Shown: piece after piece, positions 29,301 through 41,400 of the stretch | Layout of the letters: each line of letters opens with the position of its first letter | Numbering within the stretch: the first letter of the stretch is position 1 | DNA from: Catajapyx aquilonaris | Lineage: Eukaryota | DNA: 64,000 nt | NCBI GenBank assembly: GCA_000934665.2 | Contig: KZ538313.1 | Location: forward strand, 1 to 64,000 | Reading direction: 5' to 3' | The notes under the pieces: generated by a model | Database searches by the model: none | Told to the model about the DNA's origin: nothing | Seen by the model: the letters and a program-made list of their open reading frames with translations, nothing else | Translations under genes and position numbers: made by a program

Positions 29301-32300
29301 AGCAATTCCACGCTTCATTTATTTATGGAGGTCATTTTCTCCGGAGCCTCCCAACACGTACAGTAGGTTGCATAAGTGTTGAATATTTCATCAGATACGA
29401 CCGCACCTGGACTTCACCTTTGGGAAGATCCTGTCTCACATTAACACAATTTACGTCCTGAGGACCAAGGAAGGCCTGATGGAGTACAGGACAAGGGACA
29501 ACAAGGAGGCCACCACGGAACAGTCCAGACTCAGGCTAAAAGGTCAAATGCTCCACCTTCCAGAAGACGACCTCATGGTATTTTTGTGCTCTCCAAGCGT
29601 CATGAATTTGGACGACCTAACCAGGTTAGGACAATACATTTTCCCCAATTGTTTCCCTCGATATATACATAAACATATCTTATTACTTCCAGACGTGGCC
29701 TATATCTCAGCGACATTCCAGTACACGACACGACACGCGACCTGGTGCTTCTCTCTGAGCAGTTTGAAGCCGAGTACAAACTGACCCAAGCTCTGGAAAT
29801 CCTGACGGATAAGCTCCAGCAGACGTACAGAGAGCTAGAGAGCGAGAAGCAGAAGACAGACAGGTACAAAACGCTATATATCCTGCGTTTATATATATAA
29901 AAAAAACAGTGAAAAATCGAGCTGTGTAATCCGATTCCGGAGCTCGGATCAGATGATTACTGCGAGTGAAATGAGATGAAATTGAGGCCAGAGGGGGGAA
30001 GGTATAGAGGAGGAGGAGGAGGAGGGGAGAAAAATGTCAAAACGAGATCCGGAGCACTTATCCTGATGGATGATATTAAGGTTCAATTTGTCGGATGTCA
30101 TCACCAGATGAGATGGGACGTCAAAATGTAGCTTGGTTGCTAAACGATGACATATCACTTTCATTACACCCGGGTTTGTAATAGCCTGAAAATATTATAC
30201 CCGCAGGTTAACCGGGTGATTTTTTTTTGATTGCTACTCGTGTTTTTTTTTACTTATGGAAATGGCTCTTTTTTGCCACCCTGTACCACAGGTTGCTGTA
30301 CTCGGTCCTTCCGATCAGCGTGGCGAACGAGCTTCGTCACAACAGACCCGTGGCTCCACAGCGTTATCCGACGGTAACGCTGCTGTTCTCTGGCATCGTC
30401 GGATTCAGCGACTACTGCTCCAGGAACTCGGCTATGAAGATAGTCCACATGCTGAACGAGATCTACACCACCTTCGACGTGCTGACCGACACGAAGAAGA
30501 ACCCTGAGGTCTACAAGGTGGAGACTGTGGGCGACAAGTACATGGCAGTCAGTGGTCTGCCTGAGCCCTGCCAGAGCCACGCCAGGTGCATCGCCATGCT
30601 GGCACTGGACATGATGGATCTCGTCAAGCAAGTCAGGGTCGACGGAGAGCAAGTTGTGAGTCTGGTTTCCCATTGCACACAAAAGTTAACCTGCTAGCTT
30701 TTTTTTAAAGATTATTTCGTTGCTTTGTTGGCTTTTTAAAAATTACCAACCGATTGAATCTGACCTTTCCAGCAAATCACGATCGGAATACACTCCGGCG
30801 AAGTAGTGACCGGGGTCATAGGTCAGCGCATGCCTCGATACTGCCTGTTCGGCAACACCGTGAACCTGACCAGCCGAACCGAGACCACAGGAGAGAAGGG
30901 TCGAATCAACGTGTCCGAAGACGCTTACAGGTGAGTTTTATTCTTATTTTGATCAGTCGGTGTCCAGGTCAAGGTATCTCTGTAGCGTGATGGGCAAGTC
31001 CAACAGTGCGATCCCGTCTGGCAGTGCCCAGTTTCGTCTCAACGCGGCTCTGATGGCGCACCTGCACAGGTGAATCAGCTCCGGCGGCTGGAGCCATCTC
31101 CTGCCAGGAATCAGACCCTCGGAGATCACCAGCTGGTGGATCACAATGTGCGAAAGCACCTTTTTTTCAAAAAAAAAACACTAGGATTGTAAAGCCTATT
31201 GCTATTACCTCGCCGTTGCTGAGCGGAAGCCTCGGAAGCGATCGAAGGAATAACTTCAGGCAGGTCACAGTCGGTTGGGGGAATCGGACAGCATTGCGAC
31301 ATGACCTCTCGTAAAACTCGGCCACGAAATACAACTTCTTAAGGACTGCTGAAACCGCCTCCATATTACCTGCAGTATGTCATGACAAGGATAAGAAAAC
31401 AATTCGTTGGTAAACCTTTTTGCAATAATTATTATATACCTTCAACGGTTGCACCGTATCTCAGAAGCAGACCAAGTCCCTTCTCAGAACCCCAGTTGAC
31501 GGCCGTTTTGACCGAATTGCCCCAGTAGCAGTTATCAAAAGGGATGTCCACGAATCGGAACGAGCCTTTCTCGAGGTCGAAGGTCATCCTGCCCTTGTTG
31601 GTAGTGTCCAGGAAGTACTCCAGCGCCTGCATGCATTGGGCCTCTGTCCTCAGGAAGCTCCCATATCCCATGACGTTGAACAGCTTTGGACACACCAGTC
31701 CAAGGATCAGCTTCTGGAAGATGCTCTGACACGATAGGATCTCGTCCAGCACCTGCCTGACCAAGGTCAGGTCACTGCAACCGTTGGCGAAGCAGACCAA
31801 GGCGGATATGTGAAGCAGCTCGTGAGACTTGGAGTGACAATGCTGCTCCCTCTGGGCCTTGGCTTTTCGGTGACAGTTGATGGCCACGGACACGACATCA
31901 CCTGTGTCGCGATGAGCGGGTGACCCTGCGAGTCGGAGGTTAATGTAGCAGGTCAGATCGTCGACCTGGCTTTTGATGGCGTTACTGGTGTCCGTTGGAC
32001 CCCAGAAGCGCGAAAATATGCGACCCATCAGGCCATCCCCAACCATTCCACCACAACAAACCTCATGCGGTTTCCTGGTTACGCCATATATATAGTTGAA
32101 ATCAATAATAATTGTTAAAATATTCAGACTTATCAAGACGTGATCTTTTCCAGATGGCTGGCTCTACCCGAAAATTCTCACCCGAGCTTCAAGTTCGAGC
32201 ACAGAGGAGCCATAACCATGAAGGGCAAGAAGGATCCAATGGAGGTGTGGTTCCTGAGTCGACAAGACAAGAGCTCTGAAGCGGCGCCTCAAACCAAATC

Positions 32301-32382
32301 GACGCCAACGACGCCAATGACGCCCAAGGAATGCCCATCGTCCAAAGCCTGCACTCCAACCTCAGCACCTACGTCCATGTGA
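26393..32382 (+). CDS. GUCY1B1: Soluble guanylate cyclase beta-1 subunit (NO receptor; H-NOX, PAS/HNOBA, coiled coil, cyclase domain), 12 coding exons, 637 aa
   Basis: Phase-consistent GT-AG exons: 26393-26395 (ATG only), 26458-26531, 27263-27363, 27813-27931, 27993-28148, 28507-28660, 29040-29194, 29395-29624, 29693-29863, 30292-30655, 30773-30930, 32154-32382 (sum 1914 nt). Motifs: [22 protein letters not shown] (heme His), YYSDR (YxSxR), [30 protein letters not shown]. Likely ortholog of Drosophila Gycbeta100B. Confidence 0.97.
30937..30942 (-). terminator. Putative polyadenylation signal (AATAAA) of the nested gene
   Basis: AATAAA on the minus strand, 10 nt after the TGA at 30953-30955 and 6 nt inside the host intron from the exon-11 donor junction. 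Confidence 0.5.
30953..32046 (-). CDS. stops: STOPS-like SOCS-box protein, nested antisense in the last intron of the sGC-beta gene; 3 exons, ~324 aa
   Basis: Minus-strand exons 32046-31440, 31369-31209 and 31159-30953 join in phase through GT-AG introns of 70 and 49 nt. C-terminal SOCS box: [41 protein letters not shown]. Upstream motifs ALEYFLD, RFVDIP and LLLRYGA match my recollection of insect STOPS / ASB17-annotated proteins. The start codon (32046 or 32028) and the last acceptor are less certain. Confidence 0.82.
32086..32093 (-). promoter_or_regulatory. Possible TATA box of the nested stops-like gene
   Basis: TATATATA-type run about 40 nt upstream of ATG 32046 on the minus strand. Confidence 0.3.
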
Positions 32383-35300
32383 CAAAAAAGGAAGGCCTCA
32401 AAGGCCTCCAATATCTGCCAGCTACTCTGAATATTGACCTCTGACCCATCCCAGATTCCCATCTGTACACATCCCCATTGTGCGTATGTATGTATGTATG
32501 TATGATTGTATGAAGACTGTACCGCTTCGCCTCTATTTTGAGGAAAAGTAACGGTCATGATGTCCGGTCAATTCCAAGTCCTCGAGCCGTTACGGGTAAC
32601 GGCTACCTTCTGGACCACTATAGTTTAGGAGGGACAAACTTTCGCTACATTAACAACCTGTACTACTGTAGACATGTATACTGTATATATATGTCGTTAT
32701 CTTGTAACTATGTGGAGACAATTGCGACCATTAAGCGGTGATCATAAACTGACAGTTTTTTTTTTTCAAAGACAGCAGACAAAAATGGTGTCAATGATTG
32801 AACTTACATTATTTTTATATTGCAGTTGATTTAGTAAACAGATTGATTTTACCTTGACCCGGTATCATAGGAAATGTTGCTAAATTTACAGCAAAATTTC
32901 ACATTTCATGCTCAGATTTTTACAAGGCCAAAAATTGACCGAAAACAAACTTCCTTTTTGAACAACTTACACGATAGAAGACAGTAATGACGGTTAATTA
33001 CACATTACATTCCTGGAAGATTTTTGGACGTAATGTTACTGCTTGGTCGTCGCAAAGGTTGGAAATACCACTAATTATGCGACCGTAGCCAACTGTATAC
33101 GTTTACAAATTCTAAGTGACTATATGGAAAGTCACGTTTCACTTTTTCCTTTAAGAGGTCTTCAGTTTTTATTGTCCACCCACTTTTTATTACCGATCTA
33201 TGTTGAGGGAACTAAAAAGAGTGGTCGGCCTTCGTAACGAGGCGGGAAGGTATTTGGAGTGGAAGAGAGATAAGGGGAGAGACGGCAACTTGCAAAAAAA
33301 AGGGGGCAGCCTACATCATTACACGCCAATATCCATATTCTGATTAGAGCCGAGTCCTACATTACTCCGCCCGCAGCTCGGTTTGGCACGCGAATTTGGA
33401 GAAGTCTATTGGTGTTAAGTACGTGCGGCCGTGTTTTGGGTTTGTATTACTTTCTCTCAACACTGCCCCACCTTTCAAAAAAAAAAAGATATATTATGCT
33501 GTAGGCCAACTAAACTGCTGCACACGACTCAACATTAAAAAAGGATGGAATTTGCAATTAACCAGTGCCATTTTCAGTGGTTGCTAATGGAATTCAATAG
33601 TAAATAATAGCTATAAAATGTAACATTGTTGTAAATTATGCAGTTGTTACAGATCCTTTTTGCAGAAAATGTAACAATTTCTCTCAGATTTGAGGCTGGT
33701 TTGCACCAATATTATTTTTTTGGCAAAATCGCAACTTCCAAATTATTATGTACAAGGTAAAGGTATGCATAGCTGCAGCACTCGTCTCCTTCAACACTAG
33801 GAGCTCAATGCTGTAATAGCAAATGTGCAGCAGTTTAGTGACCTGACTCACCCTGTACATATATACTGGTCAGAAATGTATAGTATTTGTTAGATGTGTA
33901 TATAAAGAGGTACCGACGTGTGTAATTACACGTTAGGGTGTATTGTAGGCGTTATTAGACACGCGGATGTTATTTTGTTAGGCGCAGGTTCTTCACCCTG
34001 TTTTTATTAATTTTAATGAGGGGGGGGGGGCATATTTTTATGACAGCCTTCACGCCTTTTGCTCGGAGCGTGGAAGTGACTACAAAGCGTCTATTTCACT
34101 CTAGGTTAATGGACTTAAAGGTTAGAGACACGAGTGGTGTCAGCAAGGGAGAGAATGGGTGTATGTATGTAATTATAATATAAAAAAAGAGGAGATTCGT
34201 CATGAAAACTGGGGCACAACATTACTGAATATAAAAATGCTGTTCCTTCAAGCACCACGTATGACGTCCCAGTCACGCTATTTTTAAACGCACCAGATAA
34301 AAAAAAAGGACACAGAAATTTGGGTTCCGTCAGCTATTTTAATGGTCACGGTTACGCACTTGTAGTTATTAGGCAGGATAACGAGGTTCAGGTTATTACG
34401 ACCAGTTATAATAATTGGTCCAGATGATTACAAATGGCGACAGCTTCTCATTTGTACTTTGCTGTGGATAAGTAGGAACATTTACGATGTTAAAAGTTGT
34501 AATTAGTGTCATGTCCATGTATGACGGAAGCAATTAACTTATTTTCTATTCTGGTAATATGGGCAATAAATTGAATTTTATTTAAAAAGCAAATGTGCTT
34601 CGGATGTTCCGACGACACTTGACACATTTGTTAGCAGCAAAACAGCATTTGGGCTAATTGATGCTAAATACCAATTGAGTCGACGATTGTTACATTCAGG
34701 ATAATATGTCACCTTTCTTCACAGTTAATTAAGATATGACAAGCCGCCTGCCTGCCAGTTTCATCAAGCATTAAAATTGATGATGGAAAGTATACCAAAA
34801 ACTTTGCAGTAAATGTCAACCAGTAAGAATTAATTTCCCTGCGAGCCCAGTAGTAATTTGCACGGAATTACTTAGTTTGAATACGTTAGATTTGCTCTCT
34901 CAGCATTTTCATTACTTCCTTATAATCCACCTCCCCAACTGTTTGTATCACGCTTTCATATTTACAACACTTGTGATATCTACCTCGCCGGTGACTATAT
35001 AATCATCACAATCCCCCCCCACAATTTATTGTCTAGTCACATGTACCGATTTAATGTCACCAATGATATCAGTGATAATAAATCGTGATGGAAGCAGCAG
35101 TGTGCGTGCAATAATTCACCCTGGCAAAGAAGAAGCAACCGGAAAAAAGTACCCCGGACGAGAAGAGGTCAGCAAAGCATAACGACTAATGCACTCAGGA
35201 TGGGGGTCTTAAGTTCCTCTATTTATTTTTTTTGCTCACCCTCCTTTTTTTCGCAAATTGCAGAAATGAGACACGCCCCAATCGAAATTTCCAACGTCCC

Positions 35301-38300
35301 GATCATCCTCTCCTTTTTCTCTACAAGTGTTTTGTGGCCATGGACAGGTAAGTAGGTAGGTTGTGAGGGTAGGTGGCCCCATCTTTCAGGTCACGTGAGT
35401 ATCTGAGAAGGGAATGCAGACCTGGGGCTTTTGCCTTGCATTGGAGCCCACGACAAGACCCACTCCAACCTTGAGTGCCGGCCGAGGAGGACGGATCCGA
35501 CCAGCTGGAAAAATACTTCAAAAAGATCGGATTTTTGTGCAGTGATTGTTGTTTTTTTGAATATTTTTGTCGAGAGTGATTTTTTTAAAAAAGATTAATT
35601 ATTGTGTGATGGACTAATGGAGCGGGTGGAACATGGTGGGTGACTAGGTAGGTGACGTTTTTTTTTGCGCTTCCAAGACTTGCTCCGTATGATAAGTAGG
35701 ACATAGTTGGGTGAATGTACAGGTGTACATGTCAACTTGCAATGTGTAATGAGTGTCCGGCGCATCCTTTTATTTATTGGAATCAGGCTGATTTCGTGTC
35801 CTACAATTGCATATGAAGATCGACCAAAAGTCACATCATCTAGGCTATTTTTTATGAATATAGTCTTCCAACAGTCTACTTAAAAGGTACTTAAAACTGT
35901 CATATATCAAAATCATAGGTCTGCATTTCACATTTTCACGTTTCATACTATAATTACGTAACCTTTCATTGTACGATATGTCTCCCAATAGAAGGCCTCA
36001 GCAGGTCACAACTAATTATGCAATATGCCATCATTCTGACCTATTCAGATAGATGAGTAATGCAAGTAAAATGAAAGCCCGCTTAAGATCTCACATTAGA
36101 AGGCGGATATGTAGAGGAAATAGTTGCTAATTGTTTAATCTAGAAATCAGTTGAATAATAAGATTCAATAATAGTCATTAAATGGGCGTGATTTCTGGTT
36201 TTCTTTACACTGAGGATTGAACAATAATTCATCTAAGGTTGTACTATTGGGTAATACACTCTGTTCTAACAGTCAGGATTTACACGCACTATATGAGATT
36301 ATTTGAATTCTATAGTTCAAGCAATGTAGAACGTAATAGTCCCATGCAGTAAGTTAGTAGTAGTATCCCTCTACGCATATTGACGTGGAACTAATGCCCA
36401 GTTTTTCACAAAAAAAATCCCCATTCATCATGCATATATAGGACAACACCCTAGCCTAATGCCACAATTAGGGTGTGACATGTTTCATGCATATTCTGTA
36501 ACTAGCACACAATGTATGCATCAGTCACCAGAATAATTGGCACCATTTTATAGGACACATGGCACGTTATTTAATTGGACGATACATGATGCAGTATAAC
36601 AACTGGTTCATTTTATGTTTTATCCTGTGCATCAGAAATTGACATGTCCGATGTGATGAAGCTGGTCGTGGACAGAATACAGACAATTAACCCCCTTTTT
36701 TCTCCCCCCTTGCAACACTTCGATGAGAAGTACGAGCGCATCCCCGCCGCGTATAAACATTTTATTGGGAGTCGTATCTGGACCACTTTCCTCGGGATCA
36801 GATCCTCTTTCTGGACGATAATCAGAGTGGTACAGAAGCTTAGAAGTGCTCGTCGAGAAGCAGAACATCGCATCGCATTCCGCCATGAGAGCAGGGCATT
36901 TTCACATCCGAGATGCGCTGCACTTTTAGCATGAAACGGTTGGTTACACTCATTGCTTTTTTCAATTTCACATGCTCCGGTACCTCAGACACGCAGTGCG
37001 CTGTATGATGCTGATGCAGTACTCTCGGACGCTTCTTTGCTGCTGCATCTCGCATGTAATCTACTCCAGAACAATTGCGGTTTGTTTTCTTTCCGGCACA
37101 ATGAGTCTGCTGCTTCCATCAGCAAACGTGCGATACCGCTACCAAGTTACCGTACCCTTCGTACTGTTTACTCTCAAACTAGGCGAGCATACCCAATGAG
37201 CGGTAATTTATCACGTCGTATTTATCGCATTCCGGTCCTGCAGGTGCCTTTTTTTTTTGCTTCCATTTCGACACCGCACATTTGTGAACGTCCAAATCCA
37301 TTAAATGTAATAGTTTGTAAGAATAAAGCAAAGTTTTCCGTACTGAACAATCATCCGAGATTTATGATAGAAATGACTATCTTCCATCGGGGTTACCGTG
37401 GGTTATTACCAGCTTTATCAATATTATACATATTGGCACTGATGACTACAGTATAATATAGCAGCAGAGCTAAAAACCGACCCATTTTCTCCTACAATTA
37501 TTATAATGTAAGATTGCATGTCGCCAAGCCCGCGAGATGCTCAGTGTTGCAGATCACCCCCTTGTTCTGCTGGAAGGAAATGACCTTCAGATCGACATTC
37601 ATCCTGAGAGTTAGGTCACCTCTACGCATGTACTGCCACTTATTTCAGTGTAAATTACATACAACTTTGTCATCTTCAGAAAAACGAGTGATGTCTGTCA
37701 AGGTGAACAATATTTTATTGGTGCAAAATATATATACGAGTATTGCCTGCACGATTACAGTGCTATGCATGCAAAATCACAACTGTACTGGTGTACAGTG
37801 AAACTGCAAGTTCCGTGCATTAACCACAAGAATGTATTACAAATATGACGTAAGTTTAGTAAGCGTTCAAAATATCTGCCCGGAAATTAACACAAATAAC
37901 TGACGCAATATCATCCAAACTTTACTTATTTGAAGAAAAAAAATAGAATTTTGTTCATGGGCTACACAATTTTATGCTGTACAATCAATTAAGAAGAATT
38001 ATGGTAATTGAAAGTACAACCACATTCAGTTCTCAAATTAACTCGTGATTATAATATTGAAGGGTCTGAGATCAAAAAGAGCCAAGTCCACTTTTGGGGG
38101 GGTTAATACGCGTCGAAATTATGTAGTTTAATGTAATTTGTTATTAATTACACATTTACGTATGCAGCTGAGCTGCGGCAACATATGGACGTAAAAAGTT
38201 TCAAGAGTGTACCAGTGACAGTTAAGTAATCATCAGTTTTTGCTCATTTTACGACCAGTTTTTTAAAACTGGACTTGGCTTTCATATTTTGACCAATAAT

Positions 38301-38480
38301 TAGACCAAGGCATTGTAAAATTGTGTAATCCGAAATAAAATAAAAGATTAACTTGCTATTATTCATGACAGCATTTTCGGTTTGTCGTGACAGGTCTCGA
38401 ATAATAAATTCAGAATTAATTAATTCCCCGCTCTAATTGCAGGCTCTTCCCCCCCGACCAGACATCTCTCTTGCCAAACA

Positions 38481-41400
38481 ATGTCCGGCAAACTGTCACG
38501 TCCCCCGTCGACCAAGCGTCGTCCGGCCCCTCCCGTGCCAGAAATCAGGAGGGACGGACACTCAATCAAGATAGTCCAGAAGGACCAGTCCAGCAGCTGT
38601 GCAGCAGGTACGCCCCCATCCCCTCCAGTCCGGATCATCCTGAACAACAACAACAACATGAAGGAGAAAGAGGTGGGCAGCAACAGCAGCAACAACAACG
38701 CCGAGTCAGTCACGGCGGCAGGTTACGTGGTGAGCATCGCGATCAACGGAGCCCATCAGCGAAACGGGAACGAGACCCGCATCCAGGTAGGCCACAACCA
38801 GTCGTCGACCACGCTTCAAGAGGACAACATCTCGGACGGAAGCGGCGGCATGGCCTGTGTCCGGATTAGGGTCGGAGGCGGCGGCGCCACGCAGGACTAT
38901 GCGGAGGCGTCCCGGAACCAGGATCCTTACTACTACTTCGGACAGGACGCGGCGATGGACAGCGGGGTGTGTAGTGACCACGACGGAAGCACGCCGCCTC
39001 CGATACCTCGAAAGGACGGCAGCCTGACCAGCAACAGTGGGGACAGTTACTCGGACGAGGACAGTGACGGTGAAAGTAACATAAGCACGGATTCGCTCAA
39101 TCCGGATAAGCCTCCTCCGCTGCCTCCCAAGACCAAGATCGGTCGGGACAATTTGCTCATTGCGTTGAACGAACGCACGTACTTGGAGCGGAATACCAAA
39201 AAGGTGCTGGAACCTCCGACGGAAGACCGGTACCTCAAGTTTCATCTGAACGAGAACCAGGAGGAAGGTGAGCAGCCCAAGGAGAGACGCCGGGAAGAGG
39301 AAGTAGACGACATCGACGCCAGTTTCGCTGGGGTACGACACCTGACCGATTCACCGACGGACGACAGGACCATACTCAGCACAGCCGGTACCATCAGAGG
39401 GGTCAAGAACAGGGTCAGGGCAGGGATAGCCACTTTTCTACAGCAGAACACCATCGTCAAGGTGAGGACACACAATTTTTGTCTCGGGACATCATAAATG
39501 TTTTCTATTTTCACTGGATTGGGGCGTCGTAAAATTCCGCTCTCGCTTCTTAATAGACCATTCGGACATTGAAGTGCTAAAGGTTTTCTACTTTCACAGC
39601 GTGTGTGTCGGTTACCAATTTTCGCGCTTAAACGGAGCGAATCCGATCAACAATTTCCATGTTTGCTTGGCTTTCACGGGACTAATGGCCCGTTTCTTGC
39701 TACTCTATGGACACGTGGCCCATAAAATGTACATGGAGGTGCTGTCATTAAAGACAAGCAATGTTTATTGCTCCGAGCTTGTAGTAATTTGGCAAAAGTG
39801 CTTATCTATATTGGCAGGCTTGCCATATGACACGGGCATGAAAAATTGCTAATTTTATATCTGGCTTATCATCACATCTTGTTTACCAGGAAGACATACA
39901 AACGGGCTGTTGCTTTATGTTGCCAACAGAGCATTTATGGTAGTTCCGATCAGTAATTCATTAATAAAATTGAGCACTGTGAGCTGGTTCATCTAATTGC
40001 AATTTATTCGCATGGTCGATATCAATCTTGCCATTTTAAACTTGTGTTGAAGCAGGTTTCTTGCGATATCCGGATATCCTTAGAAAACCCGACAAGCCAG
40101 GATATTTCGAAACATGTTTATTGCCGAAGCAATTAAACACACCTGTTTTTATAATCTGGCTCGCCGATATTCGTCGCTGGAGCGAACAATCCGCAACTTA
40201 TTCATCATCTCCTCCGATGACCTCATGGCGAGTGGTAAATAATAATGGTTCAAAGCACCTTCCAGGAAGTCCAGTCTCTGATTTTCGTTATCTCTTTCGG
40301 GGTGCATTTCCTGCGCCATGCTCAAGTTCATCGCCTGCAGCTCTGGAGGTACATGTCTTTGAGGCGCCAAAACTCTCCCAAAAGGAATTCCTGGTTGCTC
40401 ACTCGCTTATGAAGGCCTGCTCTTGCCCTTTGGGACGCACTGACCATTACGGAGAAGAGAAAGAAAGAAACAGAAAGAAAAAAACACAGAATGAAATAAA
40501 AGGTCCGTCGCGTTTCACTTCCGATTCGAAGAACAGACGGGCGTGACGGACAAGTGAACGTTATGTAACACGTGAGCTTCGGTCAAGGTTCGAAGATTGG
40601 TCCTATTCTGGTGTCACTCAGAGGGTCAGTCGAGAGGCGCAAAATATACTTGTTGAAGAGGCCTGAAAACATATGTGAAGGTCAAGGCGAAACGACTTGT
40701 AACTGTCATTTCGCTGTATTGACTCGTTTTTCAAGCGTGAGGATCTTTCCCATGGTTTTCCCTTTGACCTCTGACCACCCGCAGCAAAACTTGACCAAAC
40801 GACTTTTCGTTACCCACTATTCCAAATTTCAAGCCTATTTCTCTCAGCATGCAAGTTCGAAGTGTGACAAGCCGTTTTAATAACTAACAGCTGGGAAAAG
40901 AACGCCCGACCTGAATATGCACTACGACCATAAACAATCCGCAAAAACTAGAAGGATATTTGCAAATTGGATGCGACAACACCGGTAGATGCTGCGCCTA
41001 CTTTTTTCGGTTGCAAAAGATACCGTTGAAACATGTTTTTGCCATCTTTGCTGCATCGGTATCCCAAGGACGTCGTGATCAACATCATAACCTTTCACGA
41101 GTTGGGCGAACTTGTCAGAAACGCCCTTCTGTGTATAACAATGCTCGCCTTTTTTTTGTATATATAAAAAAATACAAGTGCATATACAAACAGGGTGGTC
41201 CACAATATAAAACCGGAATCATTTTACAGATTGTTTACTTCAACAGTGCGACCACCCTGTACATCACAAACACTATATAGAAAGGCTTGTTTTAAGGTTA
41301 GGTTTGGAAAAACTTGTGGAGAAATTTTTTAAGTCCATTTTATACCGGTTTAACTGGCTAGAGACGAGATCACGTTGCATCCAGTTCCACATGCAATATT

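Noticed and set aside
32047..32136. N-terminal 30 aa ([11 protein letters not shown]...) of the 234-aa ORF in the track
   Set aside because: The ORF begins at a non-ATG codon in AT-rich sequence near the host acceptor; the first ATG is at 32046.
38076..38283. Inverted repeat AGCCAAGTCCA...TGGACTTGGCT upstream of GRXCR
   Set aside because: Probably an old MITE, but I could not define its ends or a target-site duplication.
38706..39341. 211-aa minus-strand ORF, and similar antisense ORFs at 30254-30682, 54604-55176 and 60613-62925
   Set aside because: They are shadows of real coding exons on the opposite strand.
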